A stretch of DNA of 64,000 nucleotides from Dehalococcoidia bacterium. GTDB taxonomy: Bacteria > Chloroflexota > Dehalococcoidia > Lucifugimonadales > UBA3495. This document shows, piece by piece, positions 30,295-39,978 of the stretch; the stretch's first letter is position 1, and each line of letters begins with the position of its first letter. The notes under the pieces were generated by a model. It worked only from the letters and a program-made list of their open reading frames with translations. It ran no database searches and was not told where the DNA came from. The position numbers were made by a program, and so were the translations under genes. The DNA lies in the NCBI GenBank assembly GCA_965203975.1, contig CBDBDT010000001.1, positions 712,029-776,028 on the forward strand. The letters run 5' to 3'.

Positions 30295-30996
30295 TTGCCC
30301 ACGGAAAAGGTCTTCGCTTCATGCGCCGCCGCCGTCGCCGACATCCCCTACGGCGCGACCATCCTCGTCAGCGGAGCCGCCGTATCCGGCGACCCGTCGG
30401 GACTCATTGGAGCCTTGGCCCGGACATCCACTCGCGGCCTGACTTGCATTTATTCGCCCTTGGGATGCCCACCCTCGGATGGGTGTCCCTGCCCTTCCTC
30501 CCCCGGGATAGACCCTCTGCTCGCCAACGGCCAGGTTTCTCGCCTCGTTTCGGCTTTCCCTTTCGTATCCGGCGCCTCCTCATTTGCCGAGGAGTGTTGG
30601 CGCACTGGCGCCTTGGAAATCGAAGTCGTCCCCCAGGGCATCCTTGCCGAGCGTCTCCGCGCCGGTGGTGCGGGACTCGGAGGAGTATTTCTGCCGCCCG
30701 CGGACGGTACCAGGTTTGCTAACGGGAAAGAGACCCGTGTGCTCGAAGGGCGGGAAACCGTCTTCGAACCTGCCTTGAAGGCCAACTTCGCCTTCGTCCG
30801 CGCCGCCGCGGCCGACACCTTCGGCAACGTCATTTACCGGGGCATCGGACGGAATCTTGGCCCCACCATGGCCATGGCCTCAACCGTCTGCATCGCCGAA
30901 GTCGACCACATCTCCGAACCAGGTTCCCTCGACCCTGAGGTCATCATCTCCGGCGGCATCTTCGTCAACCGCATCGTTCAGACCACCGCTCCGTAG
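30295..30996 (+). CDS. family-I CoA-transferase subunit A-like
   Basis: TTG 30295 follows a GGAGG RBS. EIEVVPQGILAERLRAGGAGLGGVF, RAAAADTFGNVIYRG, NLGPTMAMAS. Contains an unusual Cys/Pro-rich insert (SPLGCPPSDGCPCPSSPG). Confidence 0.72.
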   Translation: MPTEKVFASCAAAVADIPYGATILVSGAAVSGDPSGLIGALARTSTRGLTCIYSPLGCPPSDGCPCPSSPGIDPLLANGQVSRLVSAFPFVSGASSFAEECWRTGALEIEVVPQGILAERLRAGGAGLGGVFLPPADGTRFANGKETRVLEGRETVFEPALKANFAFVRAAAADTFGNVIYRGIGRNLGPTMAMASTVCIAEVDHISEPGSLDPEVIISGGIFVNRIVQTTAP

Positions 30997-31037
30997 CTTC
31001 TCCCCGGGAAAACAACCCGCCAGACCTGCAGCCCTTT

Positions 31038-32453
31038 ATGCCAGACCAACAACCCAGCACCGACAACCTCCCTTTCCTCCGAGTCCTCGGAGAATTGCCG
31101 CCGGGGACTATTGCCTTCGTTGGCTCCGGCCTTCCCTCGGGAGTGCCCGCGCTGGCCCCGGACGAATCCCACATCCAATTCCTCACCGAGACCGGCCTGC
31201 TCGGAGGAATGTCCGGGTCCGATGCTTCCAACGGGCTCGGATTGGCAAGTTCCAACGGTCTCACCGTTGGTCTCCGCCCAGGTGGTTCCATCTCTTCCAC
31301 CGTTGACGTCGCCGCAATGCTCCGCGGCGGGCACGTTGATGCAGCCATTATCGAACCATCTCAGGTCGATCCGCAGGGAAACTTCACCCACTGGACCACC
31401 CGCGCTTCGGATGCCCTTCATGCTCCCGGCTTTGCTGTCGACGCTGCTTCCGGTGCTGGCCGCACCATCGCCCTCATGCCTCACACTAACCCGGACGGCT
31501 CCCCCCGGATCGTCGGCGAACTGTCCGGCCCCCCGGACGGACTTGACTGCATCGACCTCATCATCACCGAACGCGCCCTTATCCGCGTCTCCCCCTCCGG
31601 TCTCACCCTGGAAGAACTCGCCCCCGGCTGGTCTGCCGGTGACGTAATCTCCTCCACCGGTGCCCCGTTGGACGCCGCCGGCACTCTTACGGAAATGAGC
31701 CAGCCTATTTCCACTAGCCTTCCCGTTAACAAGCTCTGCGACACCGGCCTCGCCGCTGTCTCCGATGTTCCCAACGGCGCCGTCGTCATGATTGATGGAT
31801 TCGCCGGCCCGGGCGGAACGCCCCACTACCTGCTGACTGCCCTCCGCGACCACGGCGCCAGGGAACTCACCATCATCAGCAACACCGCCGGCATCGCCCG
31901 TGTCGTCAACTTCGGCACCCCGCCCGGCAAGCAGGCCATCGATCACACCATCCTCATCGACAATCGGCAGGTCCGGAAGGCCGTCGCCTCCTACCCTGTC
32001 TCCCCTTCAGCATCCCGCCCCACCGCCTTTGAGATGGCCTACCGCCGCGGCGAGGTTGAGTTGGAACTCGTGCCCCAGGGGACCCTAGCGGAACGTCTCC
32101 GTGCCGGCGGGGCCGGGGTAGAAGCCTTTTACACCCCCACGGGAGCCGGCACCCTCATCGCCGACGGTAAGGAGACCCGGGTCATTGACGGCAGGTCCTA
32201 CGTTTTGGAACAGGCCCTCCGCGCCGACTTCTGCATCATCCGCGGCCACCGCGCCGACACCCTCGGCAACGTCGTCTACAAGGGCACCTCCCGCAATTTC
32301 AATTCCGTCATGGCTCCCGCCGCCAGGGTGACCATCGTTGAAGTCGACGAAGTCGTCGAGCCCGGCGTCCTCGGACCCGAGCAGATCATCACCCCGGGCA
32401 TTTACATAAACCGCATCGTCGTCCGCCCACCCGATTTCTCCCCCTACGAGTAG
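31038..32453 (+). CDS. CoA-transferase with subunit-B-like N-half fused to subunit-A-like C-half
   Basis: The N-half has FLTETGLLGG (the position of the catalytic SENG Glu), MLRGGHVDAAI and PRIVGEL. The C-half has ELELVPQGTLAERLRAGGAGVEAFYTPTGAGT, ADTLGNVVYKGTSRNFN and ITPGIYINRIV. Confidence 0.75.
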   Translation: MPDQQPSTDNLPFLRVLGELPPGTIAFVGSGLPSGVPALAPDESHIQFLTETGLLGGMSGSDASNGLGLASSNGLTVGLRPGGSISSTVDVAAMLRGGHVDAAIIEPSQVDPQGNFTHWTTRASDALHAPGFAVDAASGAGRTIALMPHTNPDGSPRIVGELSGPPDGLDCIDLIITERALIRVSPSGLTLEELAPGWSAGDVISSTGAPLDAAGTLTEMSQPISTSLPVNKLCDTGLAAVSDVPNGAVVMIDGFAGPGGTPHYLLTALRDHGARELTIISNTAGIARVVNFGTPPGKQAIDHTILIDNRQVRKAVASYPVSPSASRPTAFEMAYRRGEVELELVPQGTLAERLRAGGAGVEAFYTPTGAGTLIADGKETRVIDGRSYVLEQALRADFCIIRGHRADTLGNVVYKGTSRNFNSVMAPAARVTIVEVDEVVEPGVLGPEQIITPGIYINRIVVRPPDFSPYE

Positions 32454-32488
32454 CTCGTTTATAAAGAACCAAACCGGAGGCGCCCCCC

Positions 32489-33160
32489 GTGTTCGAAGAC
32501 AAAGAGAGGCTTGACCGGGAAATAATCGCCATGCGGGTCGCCAGGGAATTGCCCGACGGCGGCTACGTCAACCTTGGCATCGGCATCCCCACCCTGGTTT
32601 CCAACTTCGTCTCCGACGACAGCGTCGTCTTCTACCACAGCGAGAGCGGTGTCCTCAACTGCGGCCCCCTCGCCGATGAGGACGAACAGGATATCGACCT
32701 CATCAATGCCGGCGGCCAGTTCCTCCAGATGGTCCCCGGAATGGCCTTCTTCAGCTCGGTTGACGGCTTCGCCATGATCCGCGGCGGTCACGTCGACGTC
32801 ACTGTCCTAGGTGCCCACCAGGTCTCCGCCAACGGCGACCTCGCCAATTGGATGCTCCCCCAGCGCGGCGTCGGCAACATCGGAGGTGCCATGGACCTCG
32901 CCGCTGGAGCCAAGACGGTTATCGTCGCCATGGAGCACACCGACCGCAACGACAACCCCAAGATAGTCGATGAATGCACCTTCCCTATCACCGGCAAAGG
33001 GTGCGTTTCCCTCATCGTCACCGACATCGCCGTCATCCGCCCGACCTCCGAAGGACTGGTCCTCGAAGAGGTGGCCCCCGGCTGGGAACCCGGCGAAATC
33101 CAGCAGTTGACCGGCGCCCCCCTAGCCATCTCCCCCGCCTTGAAGGACTACGAACTCTAG
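32489..33160 (+). CDS. family-I CoA-transferase subunit B
   Basis: GTG start. YVNLGIGIPT, YHSESGVLN (catalytic Glu), MIRGGHVDVTVLGAHQVS, GGAMDLAAGAK, PKIVDECTFPITG. Confidence 0.85.
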   Translation: MFEDKERLDREIIAMRVARELPDGGYVNLGIGIPTLVSNFVSDDSVVFYHSESGVLNCGPLADEDEQDIDLINAGGQFLQMVPGMAFFSSVDGFAMIRGGHVDVTVLGAHQVSANGDLANWMLPQRGVGNIGGAMDLAAGAKTVIVAMEHTDRNDNPKIVDECTFPITGKGCVSLIVTDIAVIRPTSEGLVLEEVAPGWEPGEIQQLTGAPLAISPALKDYEL

Positions 33161-33287
33161 CCCCGACAGTTCCCGTTGAAGCCCCCAATCCCCGCTGTTA
33201 TAATCCCATCCCCAAAGGGTGTGGTGCGGAAAACCTCCGTCTGATTGCCGTCTGCTGCGAGTCTTGCTTGGTGTGAGGGAGGCCATC

Positions 33288-33869
33288 ATGTTGCCGAGAG
33301 TGACTTTGGAGCCGGTTAAGCGGGAAGATCTCCAGCGCATGGCCGATTGGCTCACCGACCGCGACGTGAACTCCTCGTGGTACGGACTGGACGATAACGG
33401 TAAGCCCCTCCACATCGGCTACGACCCCGGTGACCTCCTCCAGGCTCCCGACGAACAACTCGACGAGACTTTCAACGGCGACGACCGCAAGTTCTATTCC
33501 ATCTACTCCCCCGAGTCGGAGCACATCGGTGAGGGGCAGTTGGTTGTCGAATGGTCCCTCGAAGAAGCCCAGCTTTTCATCCTCATCGGCCGCAAGGACT
33601 TGTGGCACCACCACTACGGCACTTCGGCTCTCCTGATGCTCCTCGATGAAGCCTTCGACGGACTCGGTCTCCACCGCGTTTGGATCGACGTTCCCGAGTA
33701 CAACAACCATGCCCTCCAGATGTTCCGCCACGTTGGGTTCGTCCTCGAAGGCCACTTCCGCCGCAGCCACCGCCGCGATGACGAGTGGTACGACTCCTTC
33801 GCCATGGGGCTTCTCTTCGACGAGTACACCCGCCGCCGTGAGCGCTTGTTAAGCAGCTTGTCTGAGTAG
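33288..33869 (+). CDS. GNAT family N-acetyltransferase (RimJ/RimL-like)
   Basis: ATG 33288. LEPVKREDLQRMADWL, WHHHYGTSALLMLLDEAFDGLGLHRVWIDVPEYNNHALQMFRHVGFVLEG. Confidence 0.75.
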   Translation: MLPRVTLEPVKREDLQRMADWLTDRDVNSSWYGLDDNGKPLHIGYDPGDLLQAPDEQLDETFNGDDRKFYSIYSPESEHIGEGQLVVEWSLEEAQLFILIGRKDLWHHHYGTSALLMLLDEAFDGLGLHRVWIDVPEYNNHALQMFRHVGFVLEGHFRRSHRRDDEWYDSFAMGLLFDEYTRRRERLLSSLSE

Positions 33870-34037
33870 CCCCGCCCTGGCCTTTCCAAAGCCCCGCACA
33901 CCGTCTTGAATTGTCGGCGGTTCGCAGCTCCCCTTCAGTATTCGTCCGGATTCCTGTATCATTTTCCTATGCCCATCCACCCTTCCGTCGGGTCCAATTT
34001 CCAACTAAAGCCCTTTTGAGCGGGGCGGGGAGGCGAA

Positions 34038-34766
34038 ATGCCAATAATCACCATCAACGGGACCATTGGCAGCGGGACCTTCGAAGTGGGTCAAATGGTG
34101 GCCAATTCTCTCAACCTGAACTACGTCGACCGCATGGTCCTTGCCGAAGCCGCCCGCCGCGTCGGCTCCCCCGTGGGAGTCTTGCTCGAAAAAGAGCAGC
34201 GGGTCATCCGCTTCCGCGAACGACTGGGGCGTTTCCTCCAGACCATGCTCGAACGGTCTGCCATCTCCGGAGTCAGCGGCGAGCCCTACTTCGGGCGGGG
34301 CGTCGAGATGCTCCCAGCCGAGACCTACACCGAGCTGGCCGGGGACGCATCATCCTCCGCCCAGCAGGTCAACGACGCCGCCTTCATTGATGCAACCACC
34401 TCCGTTATCAAGGAAGTCGCCTCCGCGGGCAACGTCGTCATCATCGGGCGCGGCTCCAACATGATCCTCGCCGACACCCCCGGCGTCATCAACGTCGCTC
34501 TCGTCGCTCCCATGGAATATCGGGTCAACACCATCATGCACCGCGAGCACCTCGACCAGGCCGAAGCCCGGGCTTATCTCGACCAGTTGGAGGAAGCCCG
34601 CCTTACCTTCTTCCGCAAGTTTTTCAAGGTCGAAGCCACCGACCCTGACCTGTACCACCTCGTAATCAACACCGGCCTCATCAACCAGGACGCCGTCATC
34701 GACACCATCGCCCGCGTAGCCACCGCCCAAGAGTCATCCCAGGAAACCGCCGAAGCCACCGTTTAG
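34038..34766 (+). CDS. cytidylate kinase-like family protein (P-loop NMP-kinase fold)
   Basis: MPIITINGTIGSGTFEVGQMVA; VIIGRGSNMIL; typical C-terminal RDxxDxxR-like region. Confidence 0.7.
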   Translation: MPIITINGTIGSGTFEVGQMVANSLNLNYVDRMVLAEAARRVGSPVGVLLEKEQRVIRFRERLGRFLQTMLERSAISGVSGEPYFGRGVEMLPAETYTELAGDASSSAQQVNDAAFIDATTSVIKEVASAGNVVIIGRGSNMILADTPGVINVALVAPMEYRVNTIMHREHLDQAEARAYLDQLEEARLTFFRKFFKVEATDPDLYHLVINTGLINQDAVIDTIARVATAQESSQETAEATV

Positions 34767-35003
34767 GGGGCATCCCTTCATTCGGGTATTTGAGAACTCC
34801 ACGCAATCGGGACATTTGGAAAACGGGTGGGCGCTGGTTGACAGGGCGCCCGCCCATCACTGTCACAAGAGACAGGGGTGACGAGGGCGAGGTGATCGTT
34901 GGATCGCGCTGGCCAGTTGATCTGGTCTATCCCGTCTTTTGCCTGACCCATTGGCGTAGCTAGATTCTTCTCGCCCGATGGGCTTCCGTGAGGTTTATTC
35001 TCC

Positions 35004-35819
35004 TTGATCCCCCTCTCCGACGGAACCCTCTACTTCCGCTCCCGCCCCGCGGTCACCATTGCACTGTTGTCTCTGAACGGACTGGTTTTCCTCTACTCCA
35101 TCGCCGTCGGAGGATTGTCCTTCCTCTTCGGCGGCAGCAATCCCGCCATCATCGGCTTCTTCTACACCTGGGGATTCATCCCCGCCGAATTTCCCGGCCG
35201 CCAGCCCTTTGAGACCCTCGGCCTCGGGTTCTTCGGGGCCCTCGACATAACCACTCCCGTCCCCACCTGGGGGACCATCTTTTCCGCCATGTTCATGCAC
35301 TCCGGCATCCTCCACTTCGCAGGGAACATGGCCTTCCTCTGGGTTTTCGGACGCGCCCTTGAGGACCGCCTCGGACACGTGAAATACCTCGGGTTCTACC
35401 TCGTCACCGGCGTCCTCGCCACCCTCGCCCACTGGTTCTTCTTCCAGGACTCCCAGACCCCTCTCATCGGCGCCAGCGGAGCCATCTCCGGTGTCCTCGG
35501 AGCCTACCTGTTCCTCTTCCCCTACAACCGCGTCCGTGTTCTCACCATGACCTTCATCATTACCGTCCTCCAGCTCAACGCCGTCTATGTCCTCGGGTTT
35601 TACCTCCTCCTCCAGGTCATCCAGCTCCTCTTCTCCCTCGGAATGTCCGACCAGGTCAGCGTCGCCCTCTGGGCCCACATCGGAGGCTTCGTCGCCGGGG
35701 CCGCCATCGTCGTCCTCTACCGCCTCGCCACCGGACAGCGGCCCTGGCCTTCTCGCCACGCGCCAATCCCCCATCGCCGCGGCCCAACCCAGTACTGGCG
35801 AGGCCGCCCTCTGGACTGA
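35004..35819 (+). CDS. rhomboid family intramembrane serine protease
   Basis: TTG start giving MIPLSDG. FMHSGILHFAGNMAFLWVFG, GASGAISGVLGAY (catalytic Ser), WAHIGGFVAG (catalytic His). Confidence 0.85.
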   Translation: MIPLSDGTLYFRSRPAVTIALLSLNGLVFLYSIAVGGLSFLFGGSNPAIIGFFYTWGFIPAEFPGRQPFETLGLGFFGALDITTPVPTWGTIFSAMFMHSGILHFAGNMAFLWVFGRALEDRLGHVKYLGFYLVTGVLATLAHWFFFQDSQTPLIGASGAISGVLGAYLFLFPYNRVRVLTMTFIITVLQLNAVYVLGFYLLLQVIQLLFSLGMSDQVSVALWAHIGGFVAGAAIVVLYRLATGQRPWPSRHAPIPHRRGPTQYWRGRPLD

Positions 35820-35904
35820 CGGCTAGTTCTACCCATGGCTTGATAATTGACAATTGCAACTGTGCTGGATAAGCTGGGGCAACAGTTGGATAGGCAATGA
35901 GGTC

Positions 35905-36270
35905 ATGGGAACATTCAGCGTTTCAGTCGGCATCGGAAACCCCGGAGGCGGTGACCTTCATTGGGTCGATGCTTTGGTTGACACCGGGGCCATTCACTCG
36001 ATGATTCCTGAATCATTGTTGGAACAGACTTTGCATGTTCCCCGGATCCACAACCTCGAATTCGAACTGGCTGATGGTACGGTCAAGAACTACGGATACG
36101 GAGTTGCCCGTTTTCGAATGGAAGACAGGGAGATGCCGTGCCCGGTCATCTTCGGCCCCGAGGACCAATACCTCCTGGGAGCAACCACGCTGGAAAGCTT
36201 CAACTTGATACCGGATACGAGTCACCTTCGCCTCGTACCCGCCCCTCGTATGCGCGCCAGGCCGATCTGA
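35905..36270 (+). CDS. retropepsin-like (clan AA) aspartic protease, stand-alone
   Basis: ALVDTGAIHSMIP (D-T-G-A active-site motif) in a 121-aa protein. GC is lower than in the neighbours. Confidence 0.62.
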   Translation: MGTFSVSVGIGNPGGGDLHWVDALVDTGAIHSMIPESLLEQTLHVPRIHNLEFELADGTVKNYGYGVARFRMEDREMPCPVIFGPEDQYLLGATTLESFNLIPDTSHLRLVPAPRMRARPI

Positions 36271-36274
36271 ACCC

Positions 36275-37162
36275 CTATCCATCCAACGCCGGCAGCAGCC
36301 CCAGCATCTCCCGCGCTTCCTCCAGCGTCGCCGGTTCCCTCCCGTTCAGCCGCGCCATCGTCACCGCCCACTCAATGTACTGCGCGTTCGACGTCGGCAT
36401 CGGATTGTTCGGCAGGAAGGGACTGTCCTCGAACCCAACCCGGATGTGCGCCCCCGTGGCAATCGCCACGCCGCACAGCACGAACGTCTGGCTCCCGCTG
36501 CTGTGCGCCAGCCACGTCGCTTCGGGATAAAGCTCTCGGATGTTGTCTGTGATCATCGTGTAGTTGCGGAGGCTTCCCACCATGGACTGCCGGCCATCCC
36601 CCCAGTACGCCGACGGCTCCACCAGGAAATACCGGCTGCTCCGGATCTTCCCCTCACGCATCAGCGTCGTCGCGTTGTTCAGCATCCCCGTGTCATGCAC
36701 CGCCGGCTCCGGGAACGTTCCCCGTTGGTAGCAGGCGTCCAGCGTCGCGCAGATATCCTCGTAGCTGTTCGGAGAAATCGATGTCCGCCGCTCCCCGGTC
36801 TCCGGGTCCACTGGCCACCTGATCCCGTACCCCAGGTTCAGCGACACCATCTCCACCGGATTCGGCGTCTCCAGCAAATACCGGGTCACCGCCTCTACCG
36901 GAACGTCCTGCCCCCGCGCGGTGGTATGGTTCAGCACCAGATCGCACTGCGCTCGGATCAACCCGTCCGCCCGCGCGTACCATTCCGGGTCATAGCTGAC
37001 CCTGCCGTCGGGATGCCGCGCGTGGAAATGGACTATCGACGCACCCGCTTCATAGCACCGCACCGCCTCTTGTGCCACCTCTTCCGGCGTCCACGGCACA
37101 TTCGGATTCGGGTCCCGCGCCCGCCCGCCGTTCAGACAGCCCTTGATGATTATCTTGTCCAT
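36275..37162 (-). CDS. 3-keto-5-aminohexanoate cleavage enzyme family (BKACE/DUF849)
   Basis: ATG 37162 follows a GGAAGGAG RBS. KGCLNGGR..., GASIVHFHARHPDG, FEDSPFLP. Confidence 0.8.
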   Translation of the reverse strand: MDKIIIKGCLNGGRARDPNPNVPWTPEEVAQEAVRCYEAGASIVHFHARHPDGRVSYDPEWYARADGLIRAQCDLVLNHTTARGQDVPVEAVTRYLLETPNPVEMVSLNLGYGIRWPVDPETGERRTSISPNSYEDICATLDACYQRGTFPEPAVHDTGMLNNATTLMREGKIRSSRYFLVEPSAYWGDGRQSMVGSLRNYTMITDNIRELYPEATWLAHSSGSQTFVLCGVAIATGAHIRVGFEDSPFLPNNPMPTSNAQYIEWAVTMARLNGREPATLEEAREMLGLLPALDG

Positions 37163-37290
37163 GCCCGCTCCTTCCCTCGGCTTCGACACCTTTCGGCCCC
37201 AACCCGCCGCCTTCAATTTCAGGGGGGATATGGTATTATAAACGCCGAACCATTAACGCCATTTCCCTTATCATTTCGGTGGAGGAATAC

Positions 37291-39615
37291 ATGCTGGACT
37301 ACAAGCCGAACATAGTCCTGTCCAATGAAGAATACAACGTCGTCGGCACCCGTCCTGTCCGTCCCGACGGTGCTGACAAGGTGACCGGAAAGGCCCGCTA
37401 CTCGGCTGACATCAACCTGCCGGGCATGCTCTACGGGAAGATTCTCCGCAGCCCCCACGCCCACGCCCGCATCAAGAAGCTGGACACCAGCCGGGCCGAA
37501 GCCCATCCCGGTGTCCGCGCTGTCATCACTGGCGCAGACCTCCTCCAGCCCGCCGGCCGCGCCTCCGACCTCACCGAAGGTGCCATGGTCAACTACAAGT
37601 TCCTCAGCAACAACGTCCTCGCCCAGGAAAAGGCCCTCTACAAGGGACACGCCATCGCTGCCGTTGCTGCGGCCAGCGCCCACGTCGCTGAGGAGGCCCT
37701 TGCCCTGATTGACGTCGAATACGAGGTCCTTCCCCCGGTCCTCGACGCCCCGGAAGCCATGAAGGAAGATGCCCCGCTGGTACACGAGCGTCTGGCCGCG
37801 ATGAACACCGCCAACATCCGCGCCGGCGGCGTTCTCGATGACGACGACACTTCTCGCGGCACCAACATCGCCAACCACTTCGAGTTCCGTCTCGGGGATA
37901 CCGAAGTCGGCTTCAAGGAAGCTGACATTATCGTCGAGAAAGAGACTTCAACCGTCGCCGTTCACCAGGGCTACATCGAGCCCCACAGCGGCACCGCCAT
38001 GTGGCACGAGGACGGCACCCTCACCGTCTGGTCCTCCAGCCAGGGACACTTCACCGTCCGAGACTACACCGCCCGCCTCATGGGTATCCCCGTCTCCAGC
38101 GTCAAGGCCATCCCCATGGAGATCGGTGGCGGCTTCGGCGCCAAGCTCACCATGTACTCCGAGCCCGTCGCCGCTGGACTGGCCCGCAAAGCCGGCGCCC
38201 CGGTTAAGGTCACCATGAACCGCACCGAGGTCTTCGAGGCCACCGGCCCAACCTCCGGCACCCAGATCAAGGTCAAGCTCGGCGCCACCAAGGATGGACG
38301 GTTCACCGCCGCCGAGGCCCAGCTAGTCTTCGAAGCCGGCGCCTTCCCCGGCTCGCCCGTCCCCGGCGGTGCCCAGTGCATGATGGGTGCTTACGACATC
38401 CCCAACGCCTACATTGAGGGCTACGACATCGTAGTCAACCGCCCCAAGACCGCCGCATACCGGGCCCCCGGTTCTCCCGCCGCCGCCTTCTGCATCGAGA
38501 CCGCCATCGACGAGCTGGCCGAAAAGCTCGGCATGGACCCCATCGACATCCGCCTCCTCAACAGCTCCAAGGAGGGCGTCCGCCGCGCCACCGGGCCCCT
38601 CATGCCTAGGGTAGGATTCATCGAGGTTCTTGAGGCCGCCAAGGCCCACCCCCACTACATTGCTCCCAAGGATGGCAAGTTCCGCGGCCGCGGCGTCGCC
38701 AGCGGCTTCTGGGGCAACAACACCGGCCCCTCCTCGGCGGTCGCCACCGTCACCCCCGACGGGATAGTCAACCTCGCCGAGGGTTCCCCCGACATTGGCG
38801 GTACCCGCGCCTCGGTGTCCCAGCAGCTTGCTGAGGTGCTTGGGATACCTATTGAGGACGTTCATCCCCAGATCGTGGATACCGATTCCATCGGCTTCAC
38901 CTCCAATACCGGCGGCAGCGGCGTCACCTTCAAGACCGGCATCGCCGCCTACACCGCCGCTCACGACATCCGCCAGCAGATGATTGAACGCGCCGCCAAG
39001 ATTTGGGACGTCGACGCAGCCGATGTTACCTATGAAAATGGTGTCGTCCAGCACGTCTCCGACCCCGAGCTTAAGCTGACCTTCAAGCAGCTTGCCGCTC
39101 GTCAGGTTCCCACCGGCGGCCCCATCGTCGGCTCTGCAGGAGTCAACCCTCCCGGCGCCGGTCCCGCCCTGGCCACCCACATCGTCGACGTGGAGGTGGA
39201 CGTGGATACCGGAAAGGTCGAGGTCGTCCGCTACACCGCCCTTCAGGATGCCGGCAAGGCCATCCACCCCAGCTACGTTGAGGGACAGATTCAGGGCGGC
39301 GTCGTGCAGGGCATCGGCTGGGCCCTCAACGAGGAGTACTACGTCAACGACAACGGACACATGCTCAACTCCAGCTTCCTCGACTACCGCATGCCCGTCA
39401 GTCTCGACCTCCCCATGATCGACACCGTCGTCGTCGAAGTCGCTAACCCTAACCACCCCTACGGAGTGCGCGGCGTCGGCGAAGTCTGTATCGTACCCCC
39501 CATGGCCGCCATCTCCAACGCCATCTACGACGCCATCGGCGTGCGCCTCAACAGCCTCCCGATGAACCCCGGCGCGGTGTTGGAAGCCCTCTGGGAAAAG
39601 GAAAACGCCGGTTAG
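37291..39615 (+). CDS. xanthine dehydrogenase family molybdopterin-binding (large) subunit
   Basis: VGTRPVRPDGADKVTGKARYSADI, GGGFGAK, AYRAPGSP, GQIQGGVVQGIGWALNEE, GVRGVGEV. The start could also be GTG 37279. Confidence 0.9.
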   Translation: MLDYKPNIVLSNEEYNVVGTRPVRPDGADKVTGKARYSADINLPGMLYGKILRSPHAHARIKKLDTSRAEAHPGVRAVITGADLLQPAGRASDLTEGAMVNYKFLSNNVLAQEKALYKGHAIAAVAAASAHVAEEALALIDVEYEVLPPVLDAPEAMKEDAPLVHERLAAMNTANIRAGGVLDDDDTSRGTNIANHFEFRLGDTEVGFKEADIIVEKETSTVAVHQGYIEPHSGTAMWHEDGTLTVWSSSQGHFTVRDYTARLMGIPVSSVKAIPMEIGGGFGAKLTMYSEPVAAGLARKAGAPVKVTMNRTEVFEATGPTSGTQIKVKLGATKDGRFTAAEAQLVFEAGAFPGSPVPGGAQCMMGAYDIPNAYIEGYDIVVNRPKTAAYRAPGSPAAAFCIETAIDELAEKLGMDPIDIRLLNSSKEGVRRATGPLMPRVGFIEVLEAAKAHPHYIAPKDGKFRGRGVASGFWGNNTGPSSAVATVTPDGIVNLAEGSPDIGGTRASVSQQLAEVLGIPIEDVHPQIVDTDSIGFTSNTGGSGVTFKTGIAAYTAAHDIRQQMIERAAKIWDVDAADVTYENGVVQHVSDPELKLTFKQLAARQVPTGGPIVGSAGVNPPGAGPALATHIVDVEVDVDTGKVEVVRYTALQDAGKAIHPSYVEGQIQGGVVQGIGWALNEEYYVNDNGHMLNSSFLDYRMPVSLDLPMIDTVVVEVANPNHPYGVRGVGEVCIVPPMAAISNAIYDAIGVRLNSLPMNPGAVLEALWEKENAG

Positions 39616-39627
39616 CCGGGAGCAGCT

Positions 39628-39912
39628 ATGGCTGAGGTCTGGATACCTCCCCAAATGCAGGACGTCACCGGCGGCCAGGAACGGGTCCAGGTCGACGGAA
39701 GGACCGTGCGCCAGTTGGTCAACAACCTTGACCAGCAGTTCCCCGGCCTTAAATCCATGCTCTACGACGAGGAAGAGGACGATATAATGGCTGGACTCGC
39801 CGTCATCGTCGACGGCGAAGCCAGCCAGCTCGGCCTCCTCGAGCGCGTCTCCGAGACCAGCGAAGTCCACTTCCTCCCCGCCATCGGCGGCGGCTTGGGA
39901 TACCCTTACTGA
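39628..39912 (+). CDS. MoaD/ThiS-family ubiquitin-like sulfur-carrier-type protein with a 5-aa tail after the Gly-Gly
   Basis: 94 aa with a beta-grasp-like pattern, ending ...SEVHFLPAIGGG-LGYPY. It starts 12 nt after the Mo-enzyme gene. Confidence 0.65.
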   Translation: MAEVWIPPQMQDVTGGQERVQVDGRTVRQLVNNLDQQFPGLKSMLYDEEEDDIMAGLAVIVDGEASQLGLLERVSETSEVHFLPAIGGGLGYPY

Positions 39913-39978
39913 CGTGAAGCAAACGGGGCGCTTGCGTGGGCGCCCCATTCTTCGTAACCCAAAAAGACCCCGGTTAAA

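Noticed and set aside
38323-39948. 541-aa minus-strand ORF antisense to the Mo-hydroxylase gene
   Set aside because: Same artefact class (G/A/D/V-rich, no recognisable domains).
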